Positions 18,101 to 24,227 of a stretch of 24,227 nucleotides of DNA are shown here, piece after piece (within the stretch, counting starts at the first letter, position 1; each line of letters begins with the position of its first letter). The position numbers were made by a program, and so were the translations under genes. The notes beneath the pieces were generated by a model that did no database searches, had not been told where the DNA came from, and saw only the letters and a list, made by a program, of their open reading frames with translations. The stretch spans positions 1-24,227 of the forward strand of contig CDMY01000750.1 of the NCBI GenBank assembly GCA_001179505.1. Direction: 5' to 3'. The stretch is from Vitrella brassicaformis CCMP3155. Its lineage: Eukaryota > Protista > Chromerida.

Positions 18101-20374
18101 CTGTTACACAGGCCCATCGGCATACGCGTCCACTGCTTTTGCGTCTGTCCGTCGATCGAGAATGTTGTCTTGTGTCTGTCATCTGGATGGACATCGACTT
18201 GCCAGAAGCCTGACGTCGCATCGAGTGTCGAGAACTAACACATGCCCTGGAGACATTCGAAACATCGATCGATCAACGGCGGAGCATAGCGAGACTTCTC
18301 GGTTATCTCATTCAACCATCGGTAATCCACACACAAACGCCAAGTGCCGTCCTTCTTCTTGACCATCACAATCGCAGCATTGTATTCGGAATCCGCAGGC
18401 TCGACAATGCCTTTGGCTTCCAGGTCGCTCACGATTTTCACGGCTTGCTCATATTCCATCTGTGCCAGCTTCCGCGGCTTCATGTAAGGCGGATTGCCAT
18501 TCAAAGAGATCCGATGCACACCATAAGATGGATCGACGTGGCCGAGGTCAGTACTGTCTTTCGGAAAACATCCCCGTTTCTTGTGTCTCCTTAATGACGT
18601 CGGCTGCCCATCTCTTCTGTTGATCGGTCAGGCCCTTGCCGACCTGTATCTCGTGCGCAATCCCGTCAGCGTTTGGATAGCTGCGGATGCCTTCTGTCTC
18701 CGGCATTGTACCCATCAAGTGATCAAGACGCTCTCGCTCGATCTCGGCAGGTATCGTATCAATCACCACCGGCAGGCTATCATCAGCTGCTCCTAACACT
18801 GCTATCTGTGGTACTCCTGTGCCAGGGGTCTGCATCAAGTGAGCTGCATCGTCCACACTTGGCAATGCAACAAAATGACCCAGCAGATAGTTCCTTGGCA
18901 AGACGGCTCTCTTTCGTGATTCGTTCTGGAGCTTCACGTATATACGACGGCCCTTTGTGACCTCCAACAGATGGTTGGCAACAGCAAGCCTCGCACCGCC
19001 ATGGTACGCAAGGGCAGGGCGGTCGATCAGCCGAATGATGTCTCCTTCTTCGCCTTCAGGTCCACTCAATCGCGCCCGCACCCATGTCTCTTTGCCGGCT
19101 GGTATGGGCGTCCTGGCAGTGACGAGAACCTGGCAACTCGTCTTGTCGTTCCCAGCGCGTGGCTTCAGACGCACAACGCCAATTGCAGTGACACTGAATT
19201 CGTCTGTGTCTCGCAGTTGCGGCTCTTGTATAGCTATAGGTGGCCATTCTGGTTGCGATGTGATGCGTACTTTGCCAACGTGGAAGTCGACAATAACGCC
19301 ATGCTCCCGAATAGCCTTTCCTCCAAGCAAGACCACACTCTTGGGTCCATCGATCACACAAAAATTCACCATAAGTGGGCGCAAACACGACCTGTCCGTG
19401 TCTGCTTCCTTGATTCCATCAGGCCATAACGCGACCTCTGCGACGCTCTTTACTGTAACCTCGGCATGATGCAGCATACTCAGCTTTACACTTGCCGGCT
19501 TCAGCGTCACGTTTCTCTTCCCTTCTACCCGCAGCCTATCAAGCATCGCTCTGCTGATTACACTCAGGTCAGCACCCGTATCCACAAGCACTTGGCATAT
19601 CATCCCATTCGCTCTCATCAATACATATGTCTGCCAACGCACAGCTTGCATAAGCTCACTGTGGTTCGCCTCCTGCGGTGCAGTTGTAGGAGCCCTATTG
19701 CTTCCGCCACAAACTGCATTGACATGCCGAGAGACTCCCTGACCACTTATCTTATCAGCCACTGGTGGGCCCAGTGCTGCTTCACCGACGGCATGCAAAG
19801 AAGAAGGCGTCCCCTCTCTTTGCCTACCGTAATCGACGACATCCGAGGAAGAAGGCGTCCCCTCTTCTCGTCTGCCGTACATGCGGTTTTGACCGGAACT
19901 GGCCGCATCCAGCCCCAGTCCTTCGTCAGTTGTCTCGGTGGATGCCCACCCACCACCGGCAGATACCGAGTCGTAGCTCTTATGTGAGACCCGCGCCAAC
20001 CGACGGCCATTACTCCTGTCCGCTGATGCACCAGGGCGTGCCGTCATGCACTGTCGCTTGTCCGATGCACCCCAAGGACCTACCGACCCGGACTGCAAGT
20101 TCTTGCCCAGTCCGCATCTGTCTGCGTCTCCCAGGCAATCCCTTGGCCCAGCCGCCGGGATAAACGGGTGGTCAGTTTCTCTCGTATCAACACTATCAAC
20201 AATATCGACAACTATATTGGAATGGGAGTTCCTCTGTGCCTGTACACTCAGAGCGCCAACCGAGCCTGTCTCCTTCAAAAATGAGCTCTTCATCAAAGAA
20301 TGCGCATGTAGGGCGTCGTCTGCCGATGCTGTGTCCTCTCGCCCGCCCTGAAGCGGAGGACTCATCCGTTTCCC
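15154..20374 (-). pseudogene. pol: pol of element C; +1 insertion near 18560, stops at 18235, 18085, 15649, 15418, in-frame deletions in RT and integrase, integrase second catalytic D replaced by V
   Basis: Same motif series as B; ITVNGSHF versus LTDNGSHF; ARMISMHGLQ versus ARKISILGFLVSEKGLQ; IGPFQPSIQD versus IGPLPPTKAGSQFALTVQD. Confidence 0.95.
20310..20374 (-). promoter_or_regulatory. -1 frameshift signal (G GGA AAC plus pseudoknot), element C
   Basis: Identical to B except one base in loop 3. Confidence 0.85.
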
Positions 20375-21744
20375 AGCTGCGGGAGGTCAGGAGCAGGGAG
20401 CGCTCTAACTTGAACAGTGTTTGCCCCTGTCAGTGTCGCTCCTTGCATTTGTCTAGGGGAAGGTGTCCATCCTTTCGGTCGCGTTCTACATCGGGCCCAC
20501 TTGTGTCCATAGATGCCGCAGTAGAGACATCTGCCTGGGAACTTTCCTGCCCACTCATCAGTCCTTTTGTCTGGGTCTTGCGTCACTGCTCTCTCTTCTT
20601 TCCTGTGTCTGTCTGACGCGTCTCGTTGCCCCTTTAGGTCGGCCACTTCCGCTTTGAGCGCATTAATGGATGCAGTGAGAGAGACCATGCCATCCCGGCT
20701 CTCTGTCTGTTTCTGCTTGTCGATGCCATCTGCAGGTCTCCCACCGACCGCATTGATCTCAAATCGTGCACATTTCGACGGTCTTGTCCTCTCGGCATCG
20801 CTCTCGCCATCGTCGTCACCGTGGCCATTGCCGCGTTTGCGTGTCCGCAACAGGCAGACCTCTGCACTCAATCCGAGCTCCTTCACGGCACTGAATGTGT
20901 GGGGGTCGTCGTCTTTGCGGTATATTTCGTCTTTCAGTCTAGGCAGCAGGCCATCAATGAATAGCTCGACTGCCTCTCTCTCCGATTTGCGTGTGCGTGT
21001 CTTCTGGTAGAGGTCGTTGAACTCACTGTATGCATCTTGAAACGATTGCGTGGACTTCTGTTTCCAGCTCTTTATCTGCTCAGCTACGGCGAGTGTCTTG
21101 GCCTGTTTCTGGCCAAATTCTTCAACCAGGAAGCTCAAGAGCATCCCGAGCTGTACGGCTTGACTCTTGTCCTCCCAATTGGCCTGCATGCTCATCCATC
21201 GAGTGACGTGGGTGCGTGCAGTGCCTTGTAAGGCGCTCATAATGAATGGAAGTATCTGCCCTTCTCTGAGATTGAACATGTTCTCAGCCAGCCTGATCTC
21301 GTCAATGAAGGCCTCAACAGCATGGTCTGCACTGCGATCGAATTGCCTGATTGACACCGCCGGTTTCTGTAGATCATTTCGTATGTTCAAGGCAGCCAGC
21401 CTCAATGAGAGCTCGTCCACTCGATCACTCAGCGTCTCCTGTGATGCGACCCGGCCTGAACGAGAGCTGACTGTCTCGTGTGTCGGTGTGTTTTCTGCCT
21501 CTGGCAGCGCTAGGATGCCATCGGTGTCCTCCGTGTGGTTGTTGGCTGGTGAAACAACGACATCCCGTTCCTGTCGCGCAATCGATGCACGCCGTGTCTG
21601 TCTCCTCATTGCCTTCTTGCTGCGATGTAGCGCCAATATGGCACCCTTCACGCGTCCCTTCCGCTTGCGTCGTTGCGTCCGTCCTCTCACCACCTGTGCG
21701 GGAGCTGCACCTTCCGTATTCAGACCGCTCCGAGTCCTCGCCAT
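20362..21744 (-). CDS. gag: Gag, element C (460 aa from the ATG at 21744, intact)
   Basis: Starts MARTRSG like A and B; CLYCGIYGHKWARC knuckle. Confidence 0.93.
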   Translation of the reverse strand: MARTRSGLNTEGAAPAQVVRGRTQRRKRKGRVKGAILALHRSKKAMRRQTRRASIARQERDVVVSPANNHTEDTDGILALPEAENTPTHETVSSRSGRVASQETLSDRVDELSLRLAALNIRNDLQKPAVSIRQFDRSADHAVEAFIDEIRLAENMFNLREGQILPFIMSALQGTARTHVTRWMSMQANWEDKSQAVQLGMLLSFLVEEFGQKQAKTLAVAEQIKSWKQKSTQSFQDAYSEFNDLYQKTRTRKSEREAVELFIDGLLPRLKDEIYRKDDDPHTFSAVKELGLSAEVCLLRTRKRGNGHGDDDGESDAERTRPSKCARFEINAVGGRPADGIDKQKQTESRDGMVSLTASINALKAEVADLKGQRDASDRHRKEERAVTQDPDKRTDEWAGKFPGRCLYCGIYGHKWARCRTRPKGWTPSPRQMQGATLTGANTVQVRALPAPDLPQLGNG

Positions 21745-21807
21745 GATCACGTGTCCAGTCGTGTCACCTCACTACCGTCCTCACTTCACAGACCGCTCCG
21801 CGTAGGC

Positions 21808-21825
21808 TTCACGGCAGATTCACCA
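21808..21825 (-). promoter_or_regulatory. Primer binding site of element C (probably tRNA-Trp)
   Basis: Minus strand TGGTGAATCTGCCGTGAA; the complement TTCACGGCAGATTCACCA matches the plant cytosolic tRNA-Trp 3' end (TTCACGTCGGGTTCACCA, recalled from memory) at 15/18. Confidence 0.85.
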
Positions 21826-21829
21826 GGAA

Positions 21830-22688
21830 TGTTGCGGTGCTCGCGCTGCTTCGTGTCTGTCGACTCTCTCAGCGAGCGGGTCTTAGTGGAGAATGCTGTG
21901 GGAGGATGTGATGTGATGTGAAGTGAGGGATACAAGACTTCTTGTCGAGTGTGGGTCTGAGGTGCAGAGTCAATCAAGGTGGACGTCCACACACACACAG
22001 GGATGCTGGGAAGGACTGCCCAATGCTTATTCAAGCCGCAAACAAAGAAACGAAACAACACAGAAGTCCGCCAGTCAGAATAAGGGGAGGCGCAATGGCN
22101 NNNNNNNNNNNNNNNNNNNNNNNNNNNNNNNNNNNNNNNNNNNNNNNNNNNNNNNNNNNNNNNNNNNNNNNNNNNNNNNNNNNNNNNNNNNNNNNNNNNN
22201 NNNNNNNNNNNNNNNNNNNNNNNNNNNNNNNNNNNNNNNNNNNNNNNNNNNNNNNNNNNNNNNNNNNNNNNNNNNNNNNNNNNNNNNNNNNNNNNNNNNN
22301 NNNNNNNNNNNNNNNNNNNNNNNNNNNNNNNNNNNNNNNNNNNNNNNNNNNNNNNNNNNNNNNNNNNNNNNNNNNNNNNNNNNNNNNNNNNNNNNNNNNC
22401 CGGCCGCTAGAGTCTGTTTTACGGAGACTGGCCCCCCAACTCATCGCGACACACCAGCACACACATGCACACGTCACAACACATGCACAAGATGGCAAAA
22501 AGCAAAGCAAACACAACACAAACACATGCGAGAGAGTGGCATGCGCTGATGAACGAAAGCATGGAGACGGATCTTCCCTCCCTTCATCAGCGCAGCGATA
22601 CACCATTGCAGCGTGTACACACGGGACCACTTTTTCACTCACATACATGCACTCATGACTGATGTGCCATTTCAGGCACCCTGTAACA
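21830..22688 (-). repeat. 5' LTR of element C (contains the N gap)
   Basis: Matches 14063-14686; TG...CA. Confidence 0.97.
22100..22399. other. Assembly gap (300 N)
   Basis: The corresponding segment of the 3' LTR (14333-14397) is 65 bp. Confidence 0.95.
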
Positions 22689-22772
22689 CTTTTTGTCTTT
22701 CCGTCTGTCTGTCTATCTGTCCTTCTGTCATTCTGTCTTTCTGTCTTTCTGTCTTTCTGTCTCTCTGTCTTT
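22689..22772. repeat. TCTG/TCTT microsatellite (right half of the target site of C)
   Basis: Directly visible. Confidence 0.9.
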
Positions 22773-23390
22773 TTTCGGTTCGGTTTGGTTTGCCTCGCCC
22801 ACCTGGTGGAGGGCTGCTCAAATGGTTCGGTTCGGTTTGGTTTGTCTCGGCGTCTCCTGGTGGAGGGTTGCTTGGAATGGTTCGGTTCGGTTCAGTTCGG
22901 TTTGGTTTGCCTCGCCCACCTGGTGGAGGGCTGCTCAAATGGTTCGATTCAGTTCGGTTTGGTTTGTCTCGGCGTCTCCTGGTGGAGGGCTGCTTGGAAT
23001 GGTTCGGTTCGCGGTTTGGTTTGCCTCGCCCACCTGGTGGAGGGCTGCTCAAATGGTTCGGTTCAGTTCAGTTTGGTTTGTCTCGGCGTCTCCTGGTGGA
23101 GGGCTGCTTGAAATGGTTCGGTTCGGTTCAGTTCGGTTTGGTTTGCCTCGCCCACCTGGTGGAGGGCTGCTCAAATGGTTCGGTTCAATTCGGTTTGGTC
23201 TGCCTCGCCCACCTGGTGGAGGGCTGCTCAAATGGTTCGGTTCAGTTCGGTTTGCTTTGTCTCGGCGTCTCCTGGTGGAGGGCTGCTTGGAATGGTTCGG
23301 TTCGGTTCGGTTCGGTTCAGTTCGGTTTGATTTGCCTCGCCCACCTGGTGGAGGGCTGCTAGCAATGGTTCGGTTCGGTTCAGTTTGGGA
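22773..23390 (-). repeat. Composite satellite: (GGTTC)n runs separated by two unit types sharing CCTGGTGGAGGG(C/T)TGCT (10 units)
   Basis: Directly visible; explains the repetitive ORFs (EPNRT/FGSVR) in the track. Confidence 0.92.
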
Positions 23391-24227
23391 TGGATTCAGC
23401 CCCCTCTGCGGAGGATCGGATGGTTCCGAACCCTTCGGTCCAGGGTAGGGTTTCTTAGGTTCTGTCGGGAGCCGCGCACCGTTCAGGCCTCCATACATGT
23501 GATTGCATTGCTACTCGCATCAACAAAAGGATCGGATGGCTAGAAAACTCAAAGGAAGGGGAAGGATTCACTGAAAGTACACACAGAGTCCTTTTAACCA
23601 CGGAAAGATGCACTCTGCGAGCTTTCGTCCGTGTAACGCTCTCGTCGGGCTCGCGATCCGGAGCTCGTGCCTCCTATTCGCAAACGACCCACCCACCCGA
23701 ACACATTCATGTTCTCCCGCCGGTCTCTCCCGCACGCGCGCACGTGTCGGGCTCGAGGCCGGTTGGGCCTGGGCAATTGATTGTGGTGAAGATAGGACAG
23801 ATCAGGCAGGCAGATCAGCAGACAGGCACGCTCGCAGTGCGAGCACACGTCGGTGCGGAGGCGAATGTATGGAAAAGTCAGGATTCTATCGGAAGCTCAT
23901 TGCAAGCTACCAGGGCCCGACTCTCCCTTTGTTGGCTTTTGATAGCAGGGTTTGTGCTTGCTTAGCTTGCAGACCTGCCTCTCTATTTCGTGCTTTCCCG
24001 GTGACCGTTGGCAGCTCTCGTGCGTTTCTTGCTTGGCGGGCTGGCCATGCCCATGATGGACTCGTGCATTGCTTGCCTTGCGTAAAGGCTTGTACGGCAG
24101 AGATTGATCCTTCTGACCACGGTATATGTTCGGCACACAGAAACTTCAACATGGGCGCAGCAAGAAGGTTTCTCTGCTGAAGCAAGGCTACTGCTGCTTG
24201 TATAGACTGTCCTCTGTTGATTCTGCA

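Larger units (their letters stand above)
14063..22688 (-). mobile_element. Full-length Gypsy LTR retrotransposon C with chromodomain integrase, defective
   Basis: Paired LTRs, TSD, PBS, PPT, gag and pol domains. Confidence 0.97.
13097..23485. mobile_element. Putative non-autonomous DNA-transposon-like element (~1.8 kb before insertion of C) with imperfect TIRs 13097-13125 / 23457-23485
   Basis: 24/29 inverted match, plus related subterminal arrays and telomere-like motifs in inverted orientation; no TSD and no transposase found. Confidence 0.45.

Noticed and set aside
755-18237. Alternative genetic code (UAA/UAG = Gln) to explain in-frame stops at Gln positions
   Set aside because: TAG also replaces Trp codons (2065, 18235), TGA stops also occur mid-pol, and long stretches such as the 810-aa ORF and both intact gags use only CAA/CAG for Gln. 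Point mutation explains the pattern better.
22800-23351. CCTGGTGG cores resembling the E. coli Chi site or Dcm sites
   Set aside because: One mismatch from Chi, and these bacterial systems are irrelevant in a eukaryotic repeat context.
22773-23390. CRISPR-like repeat/spacer appearance of the two satellites
   Set aside because: The spacers are themselves pentamer repeats rather than unique sequences, there are no cas genes, and the context is eukaryotic.
22662-23498. Long ORFs (FGSVRFG / EPNRT repeats) on both strands, also at 13221-13846
   Set aside because: They result from stop-free pentamer repeats; no coding evidence.
23594-24227. Short ORFs at the right end, including a minus-strand frame open to the window edge
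   Set aside because: No recognisable motifs or homology to the elements; lengths are compatible with chance at this GC content.

Overview
Eukaryotic repeat cluster made up almost entirely of three related Ty3/Gypsy (Metaviridae) LTR retrotransposons, all on the minus strand, with domain order Gag - protease - RT - RNase H - integrase - chromodomain. Element A (1-4167) is cut off by the window start. Element B (3324-12371) lies head-to-tail with A and shares one LTR with it (3324-4167). Element C (14063-22688) is full length, with near-identical LTRs and a 4-bp TSD (CTTT). It sits in a TCTG/TCTT microsatellite in the middle of a ~1.8-kb region bounded by inverted (GAACC)n composite arrays and an imperfect 29-bp terminal inverted repeat. 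All pol genes are disrupted. Comparing the three copies reveals several conserved features. (1) A G-GGA-AAC -1 frameshift site is followed by an H-type pseudoknot with compensatory changes. (2) An 18-nt PBS resembles the 3' end of tRNA-Trp. (3) A degenerate dUTPase-like domain lies between protease and RT. (4) An unknown ~70-aa domain follows the chromodomain. (5) Covarying RNA structures occur in the 3' UTR and around the PPT. (6) B and C have an in-frame stop at the same RT codon. Two 300-N gaps are placeholders (true sizes about 9 and 65 bp by homology). No prokaryotic features, RNA genes or CRISPR arrays were found. All alignments were done by eye. The host cannot be identified from this window.
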